64,000 nt of DNA from Candidatus Omnitrophota bacterium (GTDB taxonomy: Bacteria > Omnitrophota > Gorgyraeia > Duberdicusellales > 4484-171), in contig JAIPGM010000002.1 in the NCBI GenBank assembly GCA_021735655.1, positions 1 to 64,000 of the forward strand, read 5' to 3'. A model generated the notes under the pieces. That model was not told the origin of the DNA and made no database searches. It worked only from the letters and a program-made list of their open reading frames with translations. Below, piece by piece: positions 55,402 to 64,000 of the stretch. Both the position numbers and the translations under genes were made by a program. Within the stretch, counting starts at the first letter, position 1. Each line of letters begins with the position of its first letter.

Positions 55402-56334
55402 ATGAACGATCCAAAAGATTTAATTATTGTGGGAGCCGGTATAGCCGGAGTAAGTGCAGCTATTTATGCTAAACGGTCTGGGCTCGATTTTTTAATTTTC
55501 GAGCCTCAAGCTGTTGGCGGACAACTTTTGCTTATGCAGGATATCGATAACTATGTCGGTATTGGCTTAGGTTTGAAAGGTGTCCAGATGGCTCAGACTT
55601 TAGTTAAGACTTTGGATGATTTAGAGATCGAGGTCATCAATGAACGAATAAGTAAAGCTGAATTCGAAAAGGATCAGGTTATTTTTCAATCAGAAGATGC
55701 TACTTATATTGCAAAAACAGCTATTATTGCAACTGGGGCTAGTTTTAAAAAATTAGGTTTGGCCAAAGAGGCTAAATTTACTGGCAAAGGTATATCTTAT
55801 TGTGCGGTTTGTGATGGTTTCTTTTTTAAGGGAAAAGACGTAGCCGTGGTCGGCGGTGGTAATACAGCAGTTGAAGAGGCTTTGTATCTTTCGGACATTG
55901 CCAATAAAGTTACCCTTATTCATCGTCGCGATAAGTTAAGATCACTTGATTATTTACAGAAGCAGCTTTTGGCTAAAGATAATGTAGAGATTGCTTACAA
56001 TAGTGTAGTGGTTGAGCCCAAGGGTAAGGAGCTATTAGAGGAAATCATTATTGAAGATAACCTAACTAAAGATAAGCGTACCATAGCTTTACAGGGGTTA
56101 TTTGTTGCAATCGGCATTAATCCAGCAACTGAAATTTTTAAAGAGTTGGTAGCAAGAGACGATAAAGGTTTTATAATCACCGATCAGGAAATGAAGAGTT
56201 CTTGCGATTTAGTTTGGGCTTGTGGCGATTGCCGCAAGCGTCCCCTAAAGCAGCTGATAACGGCAGCCTCAGAAGGTGCTACAGCTGCCCTCAGCGCCTA
56301 TAAGCACATTAAAGGTCATTATATAAGTTCCTAA
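55402..56334 (+). CDS. trxB: Thioredoxin reductase
   Basis: IIVGAGIAGVSAAIYAKR, redox CAVCDGFFF, GKDVAVVGGGNTAVEEAL. Confidence 0.85.
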   Translation: MNDPKDLIIVGAGIAGVSAAIYAKRSGLDFLIFEPQAVGGQLLLMQDIDNYVGIGLGLKGVQMAQTLVKTLDDLEIEVINERISKAEFEKDQVIFQSEDATYIAKTAIIATGASFKKLGLAKEAKFTGKGISYCAVCDGFFFKGKDVAVVGGGNTAVEEALYLSDIANKVTLIHRRDKLRSLDYLQKQLLAKDNVEIAYNSVVVEPKGKELLEEIIIEDNLTKDKRTIALQGLFVAIGINPATEIFKELVARDDKGFIITDQEMKSSCDLVWACGDCRKRPLKQLITAASEGATAALSAYKHIKGHYISS

Positions 56335-57305
56335 TGTCTAAGAAGAAGAATTTCTTTCTAATTTTTAAAGTTGTTGTAACTATAGCAATTCTCTTTGCTC
56401 TTTTTAAGCTAGTACCCTATCAGAAAATAATCGAAGTTTTCAAAGATTCAAATAAAATATATCTTTTTTATGCTGCACTTATTTTCTTTAGTTGTTATTT
56501 TATTGCTGCCTGTCGTTGGCGCTTTCTTCTTTCTTCTCTAGGCGTTGACATGTCTTTTAAAGAAGTTTTCTATGCTTTTTTCTCAGGTCTGTTTTTTAAT
56601 TTATTTTTTCCGTCTTTTGTTGCCGGTGATGTATTTAGAAGCATGAGTATTTCCTATCGCCACGGCTCAGCAAAAAAAGTTGCCTCGTCGGTGCTGATGG
56701 ATAGATTCAGTGGTGCGATAGCTTTGGTTTCAGTTTCGGCGATAGCCTATTTTTTCGGCAGAGATATTTTGAATGACCCTCAGATAATTGTAGCCATAGC
56801 TATTCTTTGTTTGATAATTGTGTTTTCGTCTTTAGTAATATTTAATCGGAAAGTCTTTTTATTTTTAACTAAGATTTTTAGAAAAAATGATGCGATTGAA
56901 GAGAAAATTATTTCTTTTCATGATCAGCTTTATTTTTTCAAAAATAACCCCAAGGTGCTTTTAAAAAGTTTGTATTTTTCGGTGCCGATGCAGATGCTAA
57001 CTGCCATCAGTTTTTTTATTGCTTCTCGAGCATTTGGAGTAGAGGTGAGTATTGTTAATTTTTTAATTTTAGTTCCGATAATTATGGCAATAGCGATGAT
57101 TCCAATTACGATTGCCGGAGCCGGCACCCGAGAGGCCTCAGCAGTTTACTTTTTTTCTCTAATCGGAATAGAAAAAAGCATTGGATTGGGAATATCTTTA
57201 CTTAACCTCATTCTTATGATAGTTGTTGGAATCTTAGGGGGTATTTTTTATGTTAGTGTATATCATCGATGGCTACAATCTCACTCACCGAGTAAAAAGT
57301 CTTAA
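56334..57305 (+). CDS. Lysylphosphatidylglycerol-synthase-TM-like (flippase-like, UPF0104) membrane protein
   Basis: 8 TM helices, conserved R-x-x-R near TM2 (CRWRFL). Confidence 0.55.
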   Translation: MSKKKNFFLIFKVVVTIAILFALFKLVPYQKIIEVFKDSNKIYLFYAALIFFSCYFIAACRWRFLLSSLGVDMSFKEVFYAFFSGLFFNLFFPSFVAGDVFRSMSISYRHGSAKKVASSVLMDRFSGAIALVSVSAIAYFFGRDILNDPQIIVAIAILCLIIVFSSLVIFNRKVFLFLTKIFRKNDAIEEKIISFHDQLYFFKNNPKVLLKSLYFSVPMQMLTAISFFIASRAFGVEVSIVNFLILVPIIMAIAMIPITIAGAGTREASAVYFFSLIGIEKSIGLGISLLNLILMIVVGILGGIFYVSVYHRWLQSHSPSKKS

Positions 57306-57705
57306 GAGTTCCAGTACTCCTCAGAAGGATCTCGTTCATTATATTGAAAAAAATCGTCTTACCGGAAGCAAAAACAACAAAGTAATAATTGTCTTTGATG
57401 GTGGCTTAGAAATAGATGTCAGACAACAATCAGGTTCTTTTAATGTTTTTGGTAGTGGTGAAGTTAGCGCTGACGATGTAATAAGAAGAAAGGTTTCGAC
57501 AATAAGGACTAAAGGCGAAGTGGTGGTAGTAACTGATGATAGAGCTTTGAGGGATTCGGTTCGGGGGCCTAAAGTAAAACTCTGCCGAATAGCCGATTTT
57601 ATTAAACTTAAGTCAAAAGATGTTCCAGAAGCTGATAAGGATATAAATTATACCTTGCAACATGAAATCACTGAGGAAATGAGAAAGATTTGGCTTGATG
57701 AATAA
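57250..57705 (+). CDS. NYN-domain (YacP-like) RNase
   Basis: YIIDGYNL ... VIIVFDGG ... VVVTDDRAL. Confidence 0.65.
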   Translation: MLVYIIDGYNLTHRVKSLKSSSTPQKDLVHYIEKNRLTGSKNNKVIIVFDGGLEIDVRQQSGSFNVFGSGEVSADDVIRRKVSTIRTKGEVVVVTDDRALRDSVRGPKVKLCRIADFIKLKSKDVPEADKDINYTLQHEITEEMRKIWLDE

Positions 57706-57753
57706 TTTTTAAAGGCCATTTGACTAGTTGGTTAATTTACTATATAATTTCTA

Positions 57754-59061
57754 TTGATGGATAAAAGAGCTCAAATAAAAAGTTTAGGTTTATTATCATT
57801 TTTTTTGTTTTTAAGTTTTAATTTATGCGCTCAAGATTTCCTTGATGAGCCGATATTTTCTCCGGTTGCCGATAAGGTCTCCCAATACCCCGCTTCTTCA
57901 ATTCTTTATAAACAGTACTTAGAAAATGGTAATCATTATCTAGATCAAGGTCTCTATCGTGAAGCAAAAGAACTATTCTGGAAGGCGATACATCTGTATC
58001 CTCAAAATCCCGATGCTTATATAAATTTAGGAACTGCTCATATGCGTCAAGAGGATCTCGACAGCGCTTTGAGAATTTTAAAAGATGCAGAAGGGCTTGT
58101 TAGTCAGGATTATCAGCAGATCGAAATTCTTTTTTATAATTTAGGAAAGTGTAATTTTTTAAAAGAGGATTACCATCAGGCAATCTTTTACCTTGAGAAA
58201 GCTTTGGCTGAGTTTTCTGACTTTGCCCAAGCTAGATATTATTTAGGAGTTAGCTATTATCGATTGGGCCAGAATGAAAAGGCTTTCGTGAATATATTTA
58301 TGGCTGCTGAGATGTTTGATAAAAATGGTGATCAGGCTACGAGCTTAGAGGTAAGACAATTTTTAAGAAATATTCAGGGTACTCAAAATATTGATCGAGT
58401 TTCTTTAGCCAAGAGTCTTTTTGGTGATGCTCAGGTAGCTTTAGCTAATCAAGAACTAAGTCGGGCCATTGTTTTAATGAAGGAGAGTATATTTTTAAAT
58501 CCCAATGATGCTAATGTCTACTATGAGCTGGCACTTATTTACTCGCGAGAAAATGCCTTCCATAATGCAATTATTTATTTGAATAAGGCAATTGAAGTTG
58601 ATCCTGGTTTTACTAAGGCTTACTTGGGCCTTAATCAAGCTTATCGCAAGGTAGAAAAATATGATTCAGCAGTTGAAATTCTCAAAGCAGCCGCAGACCT
58701 TGATAAGGAAAATCCTTTAATTTATTATAATATGGCTCTTGCTTCCATTGAGGGTCATGACTTTAATACCGCAAGAAGATATCTAACTGAAGCGGAATTG
58801 GGCGCTTTAGCTAACAAAGATGATCTTTTGCTTGAGAAGATAAACGTTGCCTATGGTTTGATTGAGCAATATAAGCAGGCAAAAACTAAGCCACCCTTCT
58901 TTCCTAAGAAAATCACGCGTAAACCGAGCGAGACTCTTTATCCTTATCATTCGCTACCAGGCAATTCTGGTAACTTTAGTGGTGGCTATTTTGTTGTCCA
59001 GCGTTCTACTGAGGATGAGCAAAAGAAGTCAAAAAGTCATCGGACAACCCTTGAATATTAA
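57754..59061 (+). CDS. Secreted TPR-repeat protein
   Basis: Signal peptide and more than 8 TPR-like repeats. Confidence 0.7.
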   Translation: MMDKRAQIKSLGLLSFFLFLSFNLCAQDFLDEPIFSPVADKVSQYPASSILYKQYLENGNHYLDQGLYREAKELFWKAIHLYPQNPDAYINLGTAHMRQEDLDSALRILKDAEGLVSQDYQQIEILFYNLGKCNFLKEDYHQAIFYLEKALAEFSDFAQARYYLGVSYYRLGQNEKAFVNIFMAAEMFDKNGDQATSLEVRQFLRNIQGTQNIDRVSLAKSLFGDAQVALANQELSRAIVLMKESIFLNPNDANVYYELALIYSRENAFHNAIIYLNKAIEVDPGFTKAYLGLNQAYRKVEKYDSAVEILKAAADLDKENPLIYYNMALASIEGHDFNTARRYLTEAELGALANKDDLLLEKINVAYGLIEQYKQAKTKPPFFPKKITRKPSETLYPYHSLPGNSGNFSGGYFVVQRSTEDEQKKSKSHRTTLEY

Positions 59062-59088
59062 AATCTCGCCAGTTTCTTATTAAAATAT

Positions 59089-59120
59089 TGAGTTGACAGA
59101 TATGATTTTGTAGATAGAAT
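59089..59120 (+). promoter_or_regulatory. sigma70-like promoter TTGACA-16-TAGAAT for tRNA-Glu
   Basis: ttgacagatatgattttgtagatagaat about 15 nt before the tRNA 5' end. Confidence 0.45.
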
Positions 59121-59135
59121 TATTATAATTTATTT

Positions 59136-59210
59136 GGCCCCATCGTCTAGTCCGGCCTAGGACACATGGTTCTCAGCCATGAGACACCGGTTCGAATCCG
59201 GTTGGGGCTA
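59136..59210 (+). tRNA. tRNA-Glu (anticodon CTC)
   Basis: Manual cloverleaf fold: acceptor GGCCCCA/TGGGGCT, D-arm GTCT-AGTCCGGCCTA-GGAC, anticodon arm CATGG-TTCTCAG-CCATG, T-arm ACCGG-TTCGAAT-CCGGT. Followed by a T-run. Confidence 0.8.
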
Positions 59211-59262
59211 CTGTTTTTATTTCTCCCTATTGAATCCCCCCCTGTAGTGGTATAATTTAACT

Positions 59263-59925
59263 ATGAGAAAAGGATTTACCCTAATCGAACTAATAGTGGT
59301 CATTGCAATTATTGCAATTTTAGCTGCCATTATTGCTCCTAATGCTTTTAAAGCTATTGAGAAGGCAAAGATTGCAAAAACTATAGCCGAATTAAGGGTT
59401 TTCAAAACTGCTGCACATTCTTTGTATTCTGATACTGGTCGATGGCCAGGCTCTGGCGGAATTGGACCTATTGCTCAGTGGGTTTATCTTGATAATGGAT
59501 TAATTTGGCCGAGAACCCCTGCTGGTTTAAATAGCAGCTTGTTTGATAATGATGATGGAGTAGGAAATACAATTTCTGGTTGGGACGGACCGTATCTTGA
59601 TCGCCGATCATCTAAATCCGCTTGGGGTGGAACTTATGCTATGTATAAACGTTACAATGGTTTTCCTCAAACTGGATCTAGTGCCGGCGATCTTACTCTT
59701 GTTATTACTAGCATTTGTTATGGGTCACTTAATTCAGTGCTATCTAACAGGAATTGCCCTTTGAGTGAAGAATTAGCGGAGATAATTAATGGTAAAATTG
59801 AAGGCGACAATGATTTACGTTTTGACCAATCAACCGCCGGAAATTTTAGAAAGTTCCTTTGGGCTAACTCGGGTGATACTTGGGAAGGTTTTTATCATTT
59901 CATGATTGGAGAAGACGTTTTATAG
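59263..59925 (+). CDS. Type IV pilin-like protein (prepilin N-terminal cleavage/methylation domain)
   Basis: MRKG|FTLIELIVVIAIIAILAAIIAPNAF with Glu+5. Confidence 0.8.
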   Translation: MRKGFTLIELIVVIAIIAILAAIIAPNAFKAIEKAKIAKTIAELRVFKTAAHSLYSDTGRWPGSGGIGPIAQWVYLDNGLIWPRTPAGLNSSLFDNDDGVGNTISGWDGPYLDRRSSKSAWGGTYAMYKRYNGFPQTGSSAGDLTLVITSICYGSLNSVLSNRNCPLSEELAEIINGKIEGDNDLRFDQSTAGNFRKFLWANSGDTWEGFYHFMIGEDVL

Positions 59926-59938
59926 GGGGAGGCATCCC

Positions 59939-60496
59939 ATGAAAAAATCATTCACTCTAATCGAACTTATAGTAGTCATCGCTATTATAGCTATCCTTGC
60001 CGCAATTATTGCCCCGAATGCTTTTCGGGCTATTGAGAAGGCGAAGGTGGCTCAGGTGGTATCAGATTTAAAGACATTTAAAACAGCTGCTGTAGGTTAT
60101 TATGGGGATACTGGGCAGTGGCCACCAGATGGGGTTAGTTGGTTTACTGATGAAGAGCTGCAGTTTTTCATTACTGGAGTAGGGCAACCAGCAGGCTGGG
60201 ATGGACCCTATTTAGAAAGTTGGCCAAATCCACCTTGGCATTGTGAATTTGTCTATGGTGCTGATACGGTTCATGAAAATTATGATTGGGACCACTGGGT
60301 GGGGTGGTCTTATTGGGGTGTAGTGCCTGCGAATACTGATACTTGCGGTGCAAGTATTTCATGCGTTCCTCAAAAGTCAGCGACAAAGATAGATGTTAGT
60401 TTAGATGACGGTAACCCTTCTTCGGGCAGGGTTCGTTGGGTCAGCTCATATGCCGGTGGTTTCATGAATGCAATTATCATCGAAGGAGGACAGTAA
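59939..60496 (+). CDS. Type IV pilin-like protein, paralog 2
   Basis: MKKS|FTLIELIVVIAIIAILAAIIAPNAFRAIEKAK. GGGGGAGG RBS before the ATG at 59939. Confidence 0.8.
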   Translation: MKKSFTLIELIVVIAIIAILAAIIAPNAFRAIEKAKVAQVVSDLKTFKTAAVGYYGDTGQWPPDGVSWFTDEELQFFITGVGQPAGWDGPYLESWPNPPWHCEFVYGADTVHENYDWDHWVGWSYWGVVPANTDTCGASISCVPQKSATKIDVSLDDGNPSSGRVRWVSSYAGGFMNAIIIEGGQ

Positions 60497-60531
60497 AGGC
60501 CTGATTTGCATTGATAAGAGAAATAACTACT

Positions 60532-61134
60532 ATGAAAAAATCATTTACTCTCATTGAACTAATTGTAGTCATAGCTATCATTGCTATCCTTGCTGCAATC
60601 ATTGCTCCCAATGCCTTTCGTGCCATTGAGAAAGCTAAAATTACAAAAACCATTGCTGATCTAAAAGCCATAAAAACTGCCATTGGGGCTATGTATGCTG
60701 ATACTGGAAAATTTCCCAGCGGCTGTATTGCCTTTACCGTCAATGACCCTGAAGTTAATTTAGATACGGCACAGGCAGGGTTGGTATCCGAACCTCCGGT
60801 TGGAATTTTTACTGGCGCTACCGGCGGCACTTGTGAGTGGACCCAAGCTAATGTCAATTCTTGGGATGGTCCTTACCTTGAAAGCGGGCAAGTAAAGGAT
60901 GTTTGGCATTCAGCATATCATTATGACCCTGATTATTATTATTGCATAAATGGATATTTAAGCCCAGCTGGAGACGGGCCAATAACTAATTGCGGTGACG
61001 CTCCGGTAGCTCAAACTTGTCTAGAGGTATGCGGCGGCGCCTTTAACTGTGGCTTTCCAGTAATACAATCATTTGGCCCTGACAAAAGCGGTTATGGTTG
61101 TGATGATATTATAGTAAAAATGACACTCAATTAG
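60532..61134 (+). CDS. Type IV pilin-like protein, paralog 3
   Basis: Same N-terminal 35 aa as paralog 2, Cys-containing variable C-terminus. ATG at 60532. Confidence 0.8.
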   Translation: MKKSFTLIELIVVIAIIAILAAIIAPNAFRAIEKAKITKTIADLKAIKTAIGAMYADTGKFPSGCIAFTVNDPEVNLDTAQAGLVSEPPVGIFTGATGGTCEWTQANVNSWDGPYLESGQVKDVWHSAYHYDPDYYYCINGYLSPAGDGPITNCGDAPVAQTCLEVCGGAFNCGFPVIQSFGPDKSGYGCDDIIVKMTLN

Positions 61135-61280
61135 TGAAAAATAAATAGATAATTAACCACTTTTCCAATCCCAATCAACCCAAAACCGACTATTTCCTTT
61201 CCGTTTGACCACTTTTTACCAAGATGGTTGACAGTTTGGTTGACATCTTACGCTTAACTACTTGAGCCATAATAGTTTTA

Positions 61281-61324
61281 ATAGGACGCATGGTTCTTAG
61301 TCATGAGACACCGGTTCGAACTCG
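61281..61324 (+). other. Degenerate partial copy of the tRNA-Glu gene (D-stem 3' half through T-loop, about 39/44 identical)
   Basis: ataggacgcatggttcttagtcatgagacaccggttcgaactcg versus taggacacatggttctcagccatgagacaccggttcgaatccg at 59158-59201. The matching 3' acceptor end ggttggggcta reappears at 61453-61463 after a 128-bp GC-rich insert. Confidence 0.5.
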
Positions 61325-61619
61325 CAATTATTTAGGTTTTTACCTCTCGAGTCCATGAGTACGCCGAAGGCGTACGAATGAATCCTTCCGCCTGCGGACT
61401 AAAGTCCTCGGCGGAATCCCGCCGAATCCGCCAAAGGCAGATGCAGGCGGGAGGTTGGGGCTATTTGTTTTCATTTTTTCTTCAGAATTTTAGTAAATCC
61501 CATACGAATTAGTTTTCTATCTTTAAGGATGAGGCCAGGCTATATTTTGAGGTGGCATAAGAGTCAGCTGATGATATAATATGCTTAGTTCTAGAAGCAG
61601 TACATAAAGGGAGTAAAAG

Positions 61620-62543
61620 ATGAAAAAAGTAATCGTTGCGACAACAATACAAAACCCTACAGAAGCTATTGAAAAATTTGATAGTTTGAAGGAATGGACG
61701 CTTATTGTAGTAGGAGACTTAAAAACTCCAGAAAGTTATAAATTAGAAAATGGTATGTATTTCTCTCCCCAGGAGCAAGAAAAATATGATCAAGAGCTTT
61801 CTGATTTAATTGGCTGGAATACCCACGCGAGGAGAAATTTCGGCCATCTATTAGCAAAAGACATGGGTGCGGATGTTATTGCATGTGTGGATGATGACAA
61901 TATTCCGTATAATACATGGGGAAAAGACATTTTTATAGGAAAAGTTGTAGAGGCTAATTACTATGAATCTGACCTCGAGGCTTTTGACCCTGTAGGCGCT
62001 ACTAATCACCCTTACTTATGGCATAGAGGTTTTCCTATTCAGCTAATAAATAAAAGGGATTATAGTAAAAAAATAAAAAAGAAAATAAAAGTAGATATCC
62101 AAGCAGATTTTTGGAACGGTGATCCGGATATAGATGCTATATGCCGAATGATTTATAAATCGGAGGTTAGCTTCGAAGAACAGTATTTTCCTATAGCGTC
62201 TAACAAGCCGTCTCCTTTTAATTCGCAAAATACATTTATTGCGAAAGATGTCCTTCCATATTGTTTTTTTCTTCCACATATTACGCCACTTGGAAGACAG
62301 AGTGATATAGGGATCTCTTATCACTTAGCATCGCTGGGATATAATGTTATATATTGCAAGCCGTCTGTTTATCAGGCTAGAAACACACACAACTTAACTA
62401 TAGATATGGAGGATGAGTTTAAGGGATATATGAGCAATATAGATATCGTAAGAGCTATAGGCAATGGAACGTATAAGAAAGAAGACTTCTGGCCTGAACA
62501 GACATGCGCAGCATATGAGGTTTATCAGAGGAGATTTAAGTGA
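61620..62543 (+). CDS. Putative GT75/STELLO-like (DUF288-like) glycosyltransferase
   Basis: VIVATTIQNPTEAIEKF ... WTLIVVGDLKTP and a DDD motif (ACVDDDNIPY). AT-rich gene. Confidence 0.4.
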   Translation: MKKVIVATTIQNPTEAIEKFDSLKEWTLIVVGDLKTPESYKLENGMYFSPQEQEKYDQELSDLIGWNTHARRNFGHLLAKDMGADVIACVDDDNIPYNTWGKDIFIGKVVEANYYESDLEAFDPVGATNHPYLWHRGFPIQLINKRDYSKKIKKKIKVDIQADFWNGDPDIDAICRMIYKSEVSFEEQYFPIASNKPSPFNSQNTFIAKDVLPYCFFLPHITPLGRQSDIGISYHLASLGYNVIYCKPSVYQARNTHNLTIDMEDEFKGYMSNIDIVRAIGNGTYKKEDFWPEQTCAAYEVYQRRFK

Positions 62544-63460
62544 AGAATAGCAACGATACAAAAATCAATAATTCACTTTCCGGCATACTTTGTTGTATAA
62601 ATTTCAACGAAGTGCACTACGACAATATAGAATTTTTAAAAGATTTGTATAGCAATTTTGTTGATGTAGTTTTTTACGGGCCAGAGCGGAAGCAGGGGTT
62701 CGAAGTAAATCAATTATGCCACCATCGTGGCTATTTTAGTTATGCAGTGATATTAGACGCAATTAAAAAATTTCCAGATTACAATGGATATATATTTGTT
62801 AATGATGATTGTATCATGAATATATGGCAATTCATAAATAAAGACAAGACTAAAGTATGGTTGCAGCCGTTTCATTCTAAAGTTAATCGCCATGATTATA
62901 AAGAAAGCACATGGTTTTGGCTGAATGAGCCATGCGGTATCTCTGCTTATGGTAAAGCTTTCTTGCAAATCCCGCGTAGATACCGTGAAAGGCTTAAATC
63001 GTCATTTGGGTCTGAAGATGCTGTGATTTGTGGACCTGCTGATTGTTTTTATTTGCCCAAAAGACGGATAAATGATTTTGCTTCCTTGTTTGATATATAT
63101 TTTTCCAACAGGGTGTTTACTGAAATAGCGGTGCCTACTGGCCTATACGCAATCGAAGATAAGGCACAAATTACAGTTTTCAAGGGTCATGACAGAGTGA
63201 CATTTCCTTTGTCATTTATTCCTTATGACCTAAAAGCAAAAATATTCTACAGAGGAGAGTTGGACTTATACCATCCTTTAAAATTGTCTAATTCTAAAAT
63301 GAGATCTATGGTTAAAAATATGTTTAATGTATATCTTTTTCAAAGAAATAAATTTTTTTCAAAAATTTTAAGATTATGCGATTTGCTACGTCCTTTTATT
63401 TGGTTTTGGGCATATATGTATATGATTCAGGGGAGATTTTTGAGAAAGATTCGTTATTGA
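62540..63460 (+). CDS. Hypothetical GT-A-like protein (possible DUF5672-like)
   Basis: YIFVNDDC motif. Translationally coupled to the previous gene. AT-rich. Confidence 0.3.
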   Translation: MKNSNDTKINNSLSGILCCINFNEVHYDNIEFLKDLYSNFVDVVFYGPERKQGFEVNQLCHHRGYFSYAVILDAIKKFPDYNGYIFVNDDCIMNIWQFINKDKTKVWLQPFHSKVNRHDYKESTWFWLNEPCGISAYGKAFLQIPRRYRERLKSSFGSEDAVICGPADCFYLPKRRINDFASLFDIYFSNRVFTEIAVPTGLYAIEDKAQITVFKGHDRVTFPLSFIPYDLKAKIFYRGELDLYHPLKLSNSKMRSMVKNMFNVYLFQRNKFFSKILRLCDLLRPFIWFWAYMYMIQGRFLRKIRY

Positions 63461-63536
63461 AAAGTTATATGAGAAAGTAGAAGCAAACTGTTAACTTATA
63501 GTTTCGTGATATAATTTTAAGCAGAGGAGGTACCCT

Positions 63537-63674
63537 ATGAAAAAATCATTCACCCTCATCGAACCAATAGTAGTCATTGCTATTATTGCAGCAATCATCG
63601 CCCCTAATGCGTTTAAAGCTATTGAAAAAGCAGAGGAAGTAAAATGTCCACTTGGTGGCAAGATAAGAATCTAG
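63537..63674 (+). pseudogene. Truncated pilin N-terminal remnant (45 codons)
   Basis: MKKSFTLIEPIVVIAIIAAIIAPNAFKAIEKAEE. It matches the pilin 5' repeat but with an L-to-P change and a 4-codon deletion, then an early stop. Confidence 0.55.
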
Positions 63675-63845
63675 GAGGTAGGTGGTATTGGAAATTAATA
63701 TTAATGGTGCTATTTGTTGGTATTGCTGTACGAATCATTATTAGCATATCAATAAGATAACAGGTGATTTAATTTTATAGTATTTTTTTATTATGAAGTT
63801 GTTGATAACGGCTGGTCTATTTTTAATCGGATTCACAACTAGTCA

Positions 63846-63876
63846 TAAAAAATCCCGCCCTTTTACAGGCGGGATC
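63846..63876 (-). terminator. Rho-independent terminator for a minus-strand gene beyond the window end
   Basis: aaaaaa ATCCCGCC cttttacag GGCGGGAT. On the minus strand the hairpin is followed by a T-run. Confidence 0.5.
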
Positions 63877-64000
63877 TATAGAGTAGAAAGTTATTTCTTA
63901 GTTATTCTTTCAAAAGATAAAATCGGATATGATCCAGAATCTGTTTTTTTGAATCCTGGCTGATCTTTCGAAATTTCATGCCTATCAAATAAGGATAGTT

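Noticed and set aside
61281-61463. Interpreting the second tRNA-like region as an intact intron-containing tRNA gene
   Set aside because: No 5' acceptor or D-stem strand is present upstream, and the anticodon stem has mismatches. Treated as a degenerate fragment instead.
59136-63674. Calling the pilin/GT region an integrative mobile element
   Set aside because: No integrase, recombinase or transposase gene, and the putative att duplication is imperfect. Reported only as a hypothesis in findings.
63680-63760. 18-codon hydrophobic micro-ORF (MVLFVGIAVRIIISISIR) after the pilin remnant
   Set aside because: Too short and AT-rich, and no RBS. Likely chance.
1-64000. CRISPR arrays, IS elements, rRNA genes
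   Set aside because: No regularly spaced direct repeats, no transposase-like ORFs and no rRNA-like conserved stretches were seen on manual inspection.

Overview
64 kb chromosomal segment, about 40% GC, with nearly every gene on the + strand. It looks like an anaerobic, probably uncultivated bacterium; taxonomy cannot be determined from sequence alone. All calls below are from reading the translations and the DNA by eye; no searches were run. Main blocks, in order: (1) A two-component system (PAS sensor kinase, a LuxR-type response regulator, two single-domain receivers). It is followed on the same strand by a large oxidative-stress/redox island: desulforedoxin, superoxide reductase, ferredoxin, a ferritin-like protein, 2-oxoacid:ferredoxin oxidoreductase, and three unusual fusions (dodecin-rubredoxin, Tpx-pterin dehydratase, dienelactone hydrolase-Cu/Zn SOD), then DJ-1, a hemerythrin-like protein and a GC-rich thioredoxin-reductase-like gene. 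(2) A nrnA / DUF2064 / GT2 / disulfide oxidoreductase / DedA operon ending in a fused radical-SAM ArsS-ArsM gene, then fused MsrA-MsrB. (3) An ECF sigma factor with a fused zinc-finger anti-sigma-like tail; two near-identical ~56-58 bp sigmaE-type promoter/leader copies sit downstream of it, ahead of a lipoprotein and a rhodanese-Hsp20 operon. (4) A PEGA protein / processive GT2 synthase (QxxRW) / glycoside hydrolase cluster, a candidate exopolysaccharide synthase. (5) A fluoride riboswitch with crcB and DUF190, and an AbiEi/AbiEii pair with palindromic operators. (6) A CIRCE-hrcA-grpE-dnaK-dnaJ heat-shock operon, miaB/miaA/hflX, pta-ackA, and tandem GGDEF genes. (7) A tRNA-Glu followed by three tandem type IV pilin paralogs with near-identical 5' ends, a degenerate tRNA fragment, an AT-rich two-gene glycosyltransferase-like islet and a fourth truncated pilin copy. 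No CRISPR array, integrase or transposase was seen.
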